From the NCBI GenBank assembly GCA_040954595.2, contig CM082589.2, positions 9,312,894-9,376,893 on the forward strand: a stretch of 64,000 bases of DNA. The letters are read 5' to 3'. This document shows, piece after piece, positions 25,701 through 37,700 of the stretch. The notes beneath the pieces were generated by a model that was not told the DNA's origin, did not search any database, and was given only the letters and a program-made list of their open reading frames with translations. How positions within the stretch are numbered: position 1 is the first letter of the stretch; each line of letters begins with the position of its first letter. Position numbers and translations under genes: made by a program. The stretch comes from Balanoglossus misakiensis (taxonomy: Eukaryota > Animalia > Hemichordata).

Positions 25701-28700
25701 GCTTTTATGGTATGTGTAACCAAGAGATGATAAACTGATGCAAATAATAGTAGAGATTTTAGAGGAAAGAGGATATATTTGAAGAATTTTATGGAGGGGA
25801 AAATGTGGGAAATTTAGCAGGTGTAAAAGCTTTAAGAGGTCTAAGGAATGTGTGTAGCATGTGTGGAAATCATATCGAGTGGTACATACCATGTGAAGAT
25901 GATGGTGGATTGCTGGCTTCAGAGGCTTGTATGGCCATGGTTTGTGTGGTAGTGGGCATTGTTACTGGAGTGGAAGCTGTTGAGGAAATAGAGACATGTA
26001 GAAATTGTTGTCTATGTGGAAGCAATGGTCGATTTTAATGTCGAAAGAAATCTGAAGAGTGTTGTTGCTTCTTGTTTGTGAAGCTAAGCCAAAACACTCT
26101 TTGTGATCATGTGGTAGTATGGAACAAGGGAAATGTTGTTTCAGGGGAATCAGTGCTGAGGAATTATTGCATTGTTAAAATGTTATAGAATGGTACTTAC
26201 CATATGTACACGATGGTGGATTGCTGTCTGCAGTGGCTTGTTTGCCCATGGTTTGTGTGAAAGGTGGTGATGTAGCTGGCATTCCTATTAGAATGGAAGC
26301 TATTTAGGAGAAGAAAATGTTGAATATGTAATGTAGGTAACGTTGATGATGGATAGGAATTTAAGGAACTTGCAGAGTGCTCAATTACGGTGTAATATGG
26401 TTGAACTGTGAGTGACTTCCATTTTGGGGGTTATTACTTTAGTATGCTTGCTTTGTATGTTAACTGTACTTTTTGCAGAGCCATTGTGTACTATTCAGAA
26501 TTGTTTTAAAATAAATGGAAATATGGACTTCACTTGAGAAGCTCAACACTGCGAACATTTCATGAAGTTGTGCAAAGTAGAAGGGAGCGGAGTTGAAGCA
26601 TAGGCGAATATAATACAGGGGAAAAAGTGTCAAAATCAGGATGACTAGTGGAGTCGAAATGTTAGTTATGTATTGTAAGGTTGGATGTTGAAAAAGGGAA
26701 CTGGGGGTGGAAAGGTTAGGACTACATGGAAAGAAAAAGTTATATACACAGCCTTAAAGCTGATGTAGCTGTCAAATGTCACATATATTTTCCCGAAGTG
26801 AAATAGTTTAAATGTATTGCCTGTGCTGTGAGATTCTTATCATTAAGTGATATAACTTGCATTTCTATTATTTTGTTATATCTTGGTAATGCATACCGTG
26901 ATAGCTGATGTCTACTGTTTGTAAGGAGGCTGATTAAACGGACAAAGTCTCTCTCCAGCTGCCCCTTTTCCATTAATTATGTTTGATACAAGACACGGGT
27001 AATGTTAATGTAAATGTTGATATATAGTGAATCAATGATCGACCACACAAAACTTCCATCCCACTTGTATGATATGAGAGTAAAACTCGCCCAAAATGAA
27101 TAAATGGTAAAGAACGATTATTCATTTTGGCGAGTTTTTTCACTCTCCTGTCTACAAGAGGGACGGAAGTTGTGTGTGGTTGAACGTTCATTCACTATAT
27201 ATCCACATGTAGAATAACAAATGGTGTCTTGTATCAAATGTAATTAATGGAAAAAAGGGCAGTGAGAGAGAGACTTTGTCCCTTTAAATTGGTGTGGCAC
27301 TGTTTGAATACATAGGATTTCCCAATGACTACATACAGCCACAATTGCATATTTATTAGTGAGCTTATTTAGATGGAGCAATTGTAGTTGGGAAATAAAA
27401 TCATGAAAAGTATGGCAAAAAATATCAGCTGTAGAGGTTTTTAGGAGAAGCTGTTGTTGGAAATAATAAATATGTATAATACTTACATGTACTTGGTGTA
27501 CATGGTAATGTAGGTGGTGGTGTATCTGTAAATTGTAAAGATGAAAGAAGTATTGGGTATTATAATAATAGTTAATTTGTCAGGGCTTGCAGTGTACGCA
27601 AAGGGCGAAACCAAGTTGCATGAAATTGTATGTGAATTATGTAGAACATACAATAGACAAGGAGGGTTTCAATTAAGGTGGGATTGCAGGAGAAGTTGTG
27701 ATTTGGGCAACTGTGAGTTTTGTACATAAATTGGTAGGTCTAATACTGATCCATTTTCGGACAAATGCGTTTTGGTGGAAATGGTGCATAATCATCGGGA
27801 AGTAGCACTTTTCAGAATGAGTCTACAGCTTGAGAAATAGGTGTCAGCAATGCAAATTGTTGCTGTTCTCAGTTTGCATTTTTGCTACTTTGGACTACTT
27901 CAGGAGAATTTAGTTTTTCTGTGCATTGGCCAAATTTGCTGAAATTTTAGCAGGAAATTGTGTATGACCCATGTAACAATATGAAAATATTTTTAGTCAA
28001 TAAAGTGTCACTGGCAGTAATAAACTCTGATTCAATGCAACTCAACGTAAATTTGCTCAAATTGTCTAAAAATCTAACTTCCAAACATTCCTTCCTTAAT
28101 GGGAGCAGATAACATCAAACGAAATTTTGGTAATTTTGCATGTGCACTCTAGTTTCGAATCATATATTAAGATGCATGATGCATGGTGAACTTTTTTAGC
28201 TGATTTCAAGTGAATGGCATAAGATCAGGAAATGGGTTTTTACCGCAAAAATGCTACCATTTTGGAGGGTCAATAAAATTTGCAAGTCAAACAAAAGTGT
28301 GAGTTTTAACGTTGTCTTTGATGAGGAATAGGCCTCTGGAAAAGTCTTGATGGTTTAGTGCAATGCCACCTGAAGTGAGAACATGAATGAGTTCTAGTTC
28401 CTGCTGAGGCTTAACTCTAAAAATCACATCAAGGACACGGTGGTCCCATGGAGTGATTACACAAGAAAAAGTATATGGCCATATACAGACAGACACACAC
28501 ACACACATAGCGAGAGATCAATGGGCAAACACTGACTGACCTATAAGCTGCCAATAGCATATGTACTTTGCATACACTAAATAGAACAGCTGACCTCTTT
28601 TAAACTTAGCCAGTTATGTAATCATTGAGCAATTTGCTGTGTTTATATGAATCACAGGAGGGGACTTCCTGCCTAATTGAAAAACTCAATAAAGTAAATA

Positions 28701-31700
28701 CACATTACTTAGCAAAGTAATCTGACCAGTAGTTCTTGAGGGACTGAGTTTTGCCCAAAGTCATATTTTTCCAGCTAATTTGCATATTTCTTGCAATGAC
28801 AACTTCATTTGAACAAACTCCTATCTACAGCCCAGCCTGCATCAGCACACCAAATATCAAGGTGACACACACAGTGGTTGTCAAGTTTTTGATGTGAATG
28901 GACATACAGACAAACATCCAATTATCCATCGATCCATACAGACACAACCGATCCCATAAACTCCCATGGTACATACCAATGGGACCCAAAAATGATTTTT
29001 CCAGTTACAGTATCATTTACATTACAGTATCATTATCATTTGTTGAATGAAGTACATAAAGATCATGGAAGAGATTGTGTTGCAAGTGGGTTCTTCCCCT
29101 CCGTCTCATATGCATGAGCAAGGTAGTGAATTCTAGTGGTGGGGAAATCACCAGGAAGCCCTACTTGCTTTGTTATATCAAATGGTTTCTGGGGCATTAA
29201 TTATAGCACTGACACGTGTGTAGTTTGTCGCATACTTCATAGGTTATTGTGTGTAAATCAGTGTGTGTCCTGGTACAGCAGACAAATGCACATATGTGTA
29301 CATGTGTACAGGGTGTCTGATTGACTAATTTTGACAAGGCGGCGAAGTTAGCCTTGCCCATTCTGTTATTTGTCAAATGATTTTTTTACGTGCATGTCAT
29401 GCGACTGTTAAATAATAACTGATGATAGCGAGGGGAAGATCACGATTTGAAGGTGGCATGAGGGATGGTGATGTCTGACCATAATGTTGTTGGCACTAGG
29501 ACTGCAGGCGAGGGTATCATGAATATATTGGTGTGAGAGCACCAGCGTGAGGGCAAGCTTCAAATTGTGAGGTTGCTTGAGCATTACTCAAAAATATAGT
29601 ATGAGTTGTTCAGCTTAATTTGGGGAAAAATGAGAACAGAACATGTTTGCATACAGTCAAATTATTATTGAACAATTAGAAAAGTTGTTTTAGAAAAGGA
29701 GATTTTTTGTACAATAAATGAGGGAAATGACAGAAAAAATCCCTGAAAACAGCCATTTTGTGGTATCATCACAAAATGGGAGAACTGTATAGAACGTATC
29801 AATAAAGTGAATACACACAAATTTGCAAAGAAATTTGATTAGTAGTTTTTGAGTTACTGAGTTTTCTCAAAATTCACATGTTTTTGCTAATTTGCATATT
29901 TTTGGTCATAACAACTTAATTTCAGTGAATTGGATTGTAGCCTAGGTAAGTACATATTATAACTGTTTGCAAAGAAGTGGGTAGGGACAATGTAATTGGA
30001 GTTTGTGATATTTTGCTATTATGGATCGATGGAGATTTTGTATGTGGTGATTAACAGTGTGTAGGAATTATAGTTGAAACTATATAGAGTGGTACATACC
30101 ATATGAAGATGATGGTGGATTGCTGGCTTCAGAGGCTTGTATGTCCATGGTTTGTGTGGTAGTGGGCATTGTTACTGGAGTGGAAGCTGTTGAGGAAATA
30201 GAGACATGTAGAAATTGTTGTCTATGTGGAAGCAATGGTCGATTTTAATGTCGAAAGAAATCTGAAGAGTGTTGTTGCTTGTTGTTTGTGAAGCTAAGCC
30301 AAAACACTCTTTGTGATCATGTGGTAGTATGGAACAAGGGAAATGTTGTTTCAGGGGAATCAGTGCTGAGGAATTATTGCATTGTTAAAATGTTATAGAA
30401 TGGTACTTACCATATGTACACGATGGTGGATTGCTGTCTGCAGTGGCTTGTTTGCCCATGGTTTGTGTGAAAGGTGGTGTTGTCATTGGCATTCCTATTT
30501 GAATGGAAGCTGCCAAGAGAATAGAAATTTGTGAAATATGTGGTGTAATGGGAAGTGATGATGGATTGTAATTTGAAAAGTGTGAAGTGTGTTGGGTTTA
30601 TTGTCATTTGATCTGTATACATTTTGAATCTAGTACTTTCATTTGGTGATGTTTGGTCAGTATTATTGTTTTCTGTATGAAGTGCACTTTGCTTGTGACA
30701 TTTAAATCAATGTTCACTATTTTTGAAACAGGCAATTTTCAGAGAAGAGCATTGTGGTTGTTGTTAAACGAAATAAATTGGAATGTGGAGCCTTTATGAG
30801 TAATGTGAACAGAGTAATTGTCTATGGGGGCAAGTCTCAGAGGTTATACATAAACTTTGTGTGTGTGTGGACACAAGTGACTCAAACGATTAATTCTCTG
30901 TGTTTATGAAATGCAAGTAGTGTTAAGAAAACTTGTTGGATTTTTTTCCCCAGTGTAACAGTGGTATATGTAATGTAGAACCACATGTGTATATCGATAA
31001 GATGTTAACTTAAACCTATGAGGTTCCGGACATTTTATGGTCAATTATGCTGTGTTTGAAATTGTGGTTATTATAATACTTACTAGGTGTAAAGAATGGA
31101 GTAGTTGATGGTAAAGGTGGTGGTGGAGGTAGTTGTGGTGTTCCTGTTAAATCTGTACGGTCAAAAAATAGAAATGGTAGAGTAAATTGATTTGAAGTCA
31201 ACTTGGATTAATCTATATAAGTAAGCTATACTGATATGTATATATTAATGTCTGATGACAATTTGAATGTCATGGTTATAGTTGCAATGTGAAAATCTGG
31301 TAGATTGGAAAAGTGTTGCAGTGTTGTAATCCCATGGCGAGTACACAAGTATCATGAGTGCCTTTCACACGTGCCGTCAACGCCGCCCCAGCAGCTGCCC
31401 TAGAGCGGCGTTAATTTGTAAGTGCCACGTGTGAAAAGGTGAGAGCGGACCTGCGCCGCTCTTTTTCTGGGACGGTGTTGAGGGGTGGGACCTGGGTCGG
31501 GGCGCCGCACTAAACAGCGATTCAAATCACGTGTGAACAGAAACACCGCACTAAACGCCGATCTAAACGCACTCTACCGACGCGGTTTGTCTCATTAAGC
31601 GCTGCATTAAGCATTGAGGTTCACTTTACTAAAACAATGGCCGAAGCAGTGTCTCGAGGCAACAATTGGAGTGACGCGGAAATGGCCAAGGCACATACAC

Positions 31701-34700
31701 AGGAATTGCAAACTCGACCTCCGACGACGATTTTGTAGCATGGACTGCAGTCTTCCAATCGCAACCTCCAATGAAAGGTTACCATAAACGGGTATGGGGT
31801 CATTCAAATGCCCATGAAATTGGCGTCGACGACGTTTAAAAAGCAAATTCAGGAGTACCATATACAGTGAACACATCACTGGATCCGCCATTGTGACCTT
31901 TTAGCCACGCTGCTGTGGACGCGCGTAGAGGGAGATGACCCCGTCCCTTTTATACACATGTGAATGCAAAACAATTTGAGTCGTTGATAAGAAATGTTTA
32001 CCAACTTTTATAATCCCAAAAAGGGCGCCCTAACCATGGCACATGTGCAAGCGGCTATGGTCATGACAGTTTGAGCAGTGCTTATGTTTTGTGTACACTA
32101 CAAAATAATCCGTGCTGATTAATCCTCTGGCAACCATGCTATTTGTCACATGCTACCTGGCAGCTCAAGAAAATGGTGGTAAGTTTCATGCAAATAGGCC
32201 TGCACGTACATTGTAGGTAGTTAACAGCATCAGAAAACCTTCCTTGAGGAGGTTATAATTAAAGTGTGAGTGTCTTGGTCACCACTTGTAGAGAAAGATG
32301 TTGGTTGTTTTGGAGAGCAAATGCCAGCCACACTTAGTCATTGTTATGACAATCCCTGTCTACGAAGAGCATTTGTGCAGAGAGTTTTCCTCATGTTTGA
32401 AATTGCTGTGAGAATCTTAAACTGTTTCCTGCAAGAATTCTGTTGGAAGTAGATGACAAATTCATGCAAATACAGCTAATGTAGCTTAATGCGTTTTATT
32501 GTAAAGCATGGGGAGAATATTGAAGCATGTTATCGTTGGTAAAAAATGCAAAATGTGGCAGCTGTACAGGTTTAATAAAATGAATAGTGACAATGCGGAC
32601 ATTGAATGGAAAGCGTCATGAGCGCATTGGACTGTACCATTGTCTGCTGCTATAGGTTTGAATGGGAATTAGGGTTAGGTTTTTGGTCGGAAAAGTTAGC
32701 GTTACGGTTAGGTTAGGGTTATTGAGTACGTGTTTAAAATGACTGAAGTGATTGAGTTTTATGAATGAAGTCAAGTTTTGGCTGCGAACACCAGTAAATC
32801 TATAGCAGTATCTGCTATATTCACTGCAGGTAAACTATATTCAAATGTTAATGCTAACCATGTGTAGTAGAGAAAGCTAGAGTCCTAGGCACATAATGCC
32901 GATGCACACTGTGGGTTGACCTTAGTATGAATACATTAGCTAAGTAAGGGTTTACCAAAAAGAAATGTTGTTTACTAAATAGGAATAGAATAATTGAAAT
33001 GAAATACATAGGATAAGGGACCGTTCAGTTTTTACGGCAGGGGGGGGGGGGGGGGGGCTGGCAAGTTTGTGTCATCAGTTCTCAAAATCAGGCCGACCCC
33101 CCCTTCACCCAGCACAAAAAAATGATGACCCCCCCTTTGACAGACCCAAAAATATGATGACCCCCCCCCCCCACGCTGAAAACATTCTCCGTCCTGATCC
33201 TATGTATACACTGTATGCAATAAAGGGAATGGGGCTCCTCACCCCTCAATTATAAATTTCTTAAAGTAATTGAATTTTTTAATAATATCGTTGCAATAAA
33301 GAAATCTATGAACAAAATAAAATGACAAGTCAATACAATAGTTGCTAGAATTGGTAAAACAAGAAAAGTGGCGTGGGAGGGGGTGTCCCCCTCCCACATA
33401 AGAAAATTTTGTAAAATACGGTGCTCAAAGTTGCATTTTAATGAACTCAAAAGCAAATAAAGTCAATGTTAGGCAGGACGAATTTTGATTTTGCCACTCC
33501 ACTCAAAGTAAGCATAGGGGTGGGGTGGGAATAAGTCTGCCCTGGTACACTAGACAAACCTGCGGATAAATGATATGTTGCATAGAATGTAGGGGGTGGG
33601 TGTGGGAGGGGGTGTCCCCCTCCCACATAAGAAAATTTTGTAAAATATGTAGCTCAAAGTTGCATTTTTATGAACTCAAAAGCAAATTCATCTCAATGTT
33701 TGGGAGGACCAATTTTATTTTTTGCCATTCCACTCAAAGTTAGAAGATTTGGCGTCATCTTCGTCATGACATCATTTATAAAACTTCCAATATATAGAAG
33801 ATGCAGCACGAAACTATCAGTTATGCAAAATGGTTTAAAAGTTTATTCTCCTTTATGTATTAACTTTGTTAAATATTATCATCAGTGGGTTTGGGGTTGC
33901 AAGCACTCTGCCCTGGTAGAATAGTCAAACCAGCAAAAATCGATATGTTGCAAAGAATGTAGGGGGTGGGTGTCATGAATTCAATGCATATTCATAGTTT
34001 CGTTTGTCGCACTGCGCTTATGTCATGAATTCAATGCATATTCATAGTTTCGTTTGTCGCACTGCGCTTTTTTTTGACCTGGCGTTTGCGGTCAGTGCGC
34101 AGGCGTCCGTGTAATTTTTTTTTTCTCCGTATTAAATTTGGAAGCCCACGTGTATGCGTCCCCGTGTTTTTTTTTACCCAAGCAGTTGCTGGAAGGAAGG
34201 TGGATACGACGCCCAAGTACATGTAAGTTTTGAACATGTCAATGCGTTAGTGAAAGTTGGTAGTGCGAATCTGAGGGGATATGATGATGGATTTTGATGG
34301 TAGCCGCCGTCGTGGATGAATACCGTTCCCTTTGAACCGGCTGTTCGGGAACTCTCTGTTGAGTCGCGGCTTCTCGTGACACGCAGCTTTGAATGAATAT
34401 ACAAACATCACTGTTTCTTCCCTGTCATTAAAATTATCGAACGTAATTGTCATTGCAAATATTTCACAGACGGTATTTTGTCGTTTCGTTAATTACTGAC
34501 AAAAGATATCAGAGCTTTCTTTTCTGACAATAAAATATCTTGAAGATCCAAAGTGTCTCTTGCTGGCAAGCAAATTTTCCTCACGCCGTGACATATGGGG
34601 GCTCGTCCGGGAGAACGGCAATTTCGTTCTAATAAATCGGCGAGGATATTTGTTTTCTTGGTGGATTTCTGAACTTGTGAAATCCACAGACGGTATAGTA

Positions 34701-37700
34701 TTTGTAAAACTGAGCATAGTTTATTTTTATTTCCCGTAAATCCTAGTACATGTACATAAAGCAGTGACATAGAGCTTTCTACTCAGTACGTATTTCGTTT
34801 TGTTATAATTGCCTAAAATTGTAAGGCGTATATTGTCGTGACTGATCCCGGTTGATATTTCTTGGACACTGCACTTCTTGCAGGGTAGTAGACGCACAAT
34901 AGCATTGTGTGAAACTATCTGGATATCAACTGGCGGGTCCGCTTCCTTGAGTCCAAATTTGTTTAATGAAATTGGATAGTTGGTCTACTCGAAAGCTTTT
35001 CACTGTTTTATAGGTTGCAATTATATATGTATATCAGTGCTTTGTACTAGTACGCAGTTGACATTTTATTAGATATGGAAAAGTTTATTGACATTGGATC
35101 TGGGCTCGGTTTAACGGGTGAAGCGTTGTTAAATTTTGTCAAGGAGCAGCAGAATATAGAGAGAGAAGAGAGGCAGAGGGAACGTGAGTTAAAAAGGGCT
35201 GAAATTGAAAGAGAGATCGAAGAGAAGAAGATGGCGGCAGATTTAGCTGAAAGAGAGGCACACCGAAAACATGATTTAGTTGAAAGAGAAGCGCAAAGGA
35301 AACATGAATTAGAAATGAAACGGCTTGAAGCCGGTAGTGTCGAAGGGGGGCGTCATTTTGATGCTGGTTCTGATTTGGCGAAATCTCCCAAGTTACCCGC
35401 TTTTGTTGATGGGAAGGATGAGCTAGATAGTTATTTGCTCCGTTTTGAACGCTTTGCAACTAGTAATAAGTGGGATAAGCCAAAGTGGGCATCTTTGTTA
35501 AGTGCATTGTTAACGGGTAAAGCTTTAGATGTTTATTCTAGACTGTCTGATACGGCAGCACAGAAGTATGACGATGTTAAGGATGCTCTGTTGAAGAGAT
35601 ACGAATTAACAGAGGATGGCTATAGAGCCAAGTTTATGAATTTCAAACCCGAACATGGGGAAAGTTGTGATCAATGTTTGGTCCGTTTGATGAATTATTT
35701 CCATAAGTGGATCGAGTTATCTGGTACTGTGAAAGATTTTGATAATGTATGTGAACTTATAGTCAAACAGCAGTTTATTGAAACATGCCCAAAGGACTTG
35801 GCCGTACATTTGCGTGAAAAGAACCCCAAAACTTTAGATAAAGTTGCAGATATTGCAGATCGTTACCTGCAGGCTCACGACAGACGTTTAACGTCGCTTG
35901 TAAACAATACTGATACAAAGCCTGTAACCAAAAGAGAACGCCGTCCTGCCAGTAGTGGTGGAAGCGGCATTGAAACCTCCGGTATTCAGTGTTATCGATG
36001 CAAGGGGTATGGCCATTTGTCCAAAGATTGTGCAAGTAAAATTGACCATAAAAATGTGTTTGGGGTTAAATGCCATAACTGTGGTCGTTTGGGACATAAA
36101 GCCCAAACGTGTAGGTTTCAGACTAAGTCGGGTGAGAAACCCACTCCCAAAAGAGTAGGAGCTGCAGTGACTAACCTTGATGCGATTCATTCCGTAAGGG
36201 GAGAGATGAGCGCCGCCTGTCTTGTAGGGCCAGAGCCTGCAACAAAGGCTGATGTGGAGTCGTGTATAAAAAATGGCGAACTTCTATTGGCTGGTGGGAA
36301 AACGATACCACTAGTTCATACTGCGTGTTTTCAGCCATTAGAAGCGAAAATGCCTACTGTAAAAGGGAAAATTGGTAACACTGCTGTAACTGCTCTCAGA
36401 GATACTGGTTGCAGTGGTGTTGTTGTCAAGAGGGAATTTGTGAAAGATGACCAATATACAGGTAAATTTTGTTGTATGCTTATGGTTGACAACACTGCTC
36501 GCACAGTGCCTGTTGCTAAAATTCATATTGATACTCCTTATTTGACTGGCGAGGTAGAGGCACAGTGTTTGCCTGATGCTATTTATGATTTAGTAATTGG
36601 TAATGTTCCTGGAGCAAGAGCGCCAGGTGATCCTGATACAAATTGGTCAGGAAAATGCGCTGTAGTTACTAGGGCTATGGCTAAAAAGAGCGACCAGTGA
36701 AAGCCCTTGAAAGTGCCTGCTGGCAGTAAATGTCTTGATGTTTGTAAAGAGAAGTTAATTGAAATGCAACGCAGTGACTCTGCTCTTGATAAATATTGGT
36801 CATTGAATACTCCCGAGGTCAAAGGGGAACGGGAAGTAGTATTTTTGGTAAGGGGTGGTGTGTTGTACAGACAATATACTCATCCATATTTAAATCATGG
36901 AACACCTGTGAAACAGATAATGGTTCCAAAAGCATTGCGTAATCAAGTTATGTCAGTTGCCCATGATTCTATAACAGGTGGCCATATGGGGATAAAGAAA
37001 ACCACAGACAGAGTATTGACAAATTTCTATTGGCCGGGTATTCATGGTGACATAACACGTTTTTGTAGATCTTGTGATATTTGCCAGAGAACCATATCTA
37101 AAGGCAAAGTCATTAAAGTTCCCCTTCAGAAAATGCCGTTGATAGATGTACCATTCAAATGAGTAGCCGTAGATTTAGTGGGGCCCATACACCCTCCTAG
37201 TGAGAGTGGCCATAGATATATACTTACCCTTGTCGACTACGCTACTAGATATCCAGAGGCTGTGCCATTAAAGCGCATCAGCACTGAGGATGTAGCAGAA
37301 GCATTAGTTGACATGTATAGCCGACTTGGTATACCTGAAGAGATTTTACATGATATGGGGACACAATTTGTATCAGAATGTATGCGTGAAGTGTCCCGTT
37401 TACTTGGAATCAGGGGAATGTCGACCACACCATATCACCCGATCTGTAATGGTTTGGTCGAAAAATTCAATGGTGTTTTAAAGTCGATGCTCAAACGTCT
37501 TTGTAGCGAACAGCCAAATCAGTGGCATCGTTACATCAACGCATTATTATTTGCATATAGGGAGGCGCCCCAAGAGTCAACTGGGTTTGCCCCATTCGAG
37601 TTGATGTACGGGAGAACAATTCGTGGGCCGATGCATATTCTTAAACAGCTTTGGACAACAAAAACTGATGAGACTGAAGTTAGAAATAGTTATCAGTATG

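Noticed and set aside
27740-28280. Possible TA-flanked DNA transposon
   Set aside because: The putative terminal inverted match is too weak to support.
32668-32722. Telomere-like TTAGGG/GGTTAG tract
   Set aside because: Only a few degenerate units; more like an internal low-complexity tract than a telomere remnant.
36695-36706. Programmed stop-codon readthrough in the Gmr1 polyprotein
   Set aside because: The stop lies after the protease, and a second TGA interrupts the integrase core; simple nonsense mutations explain both better.
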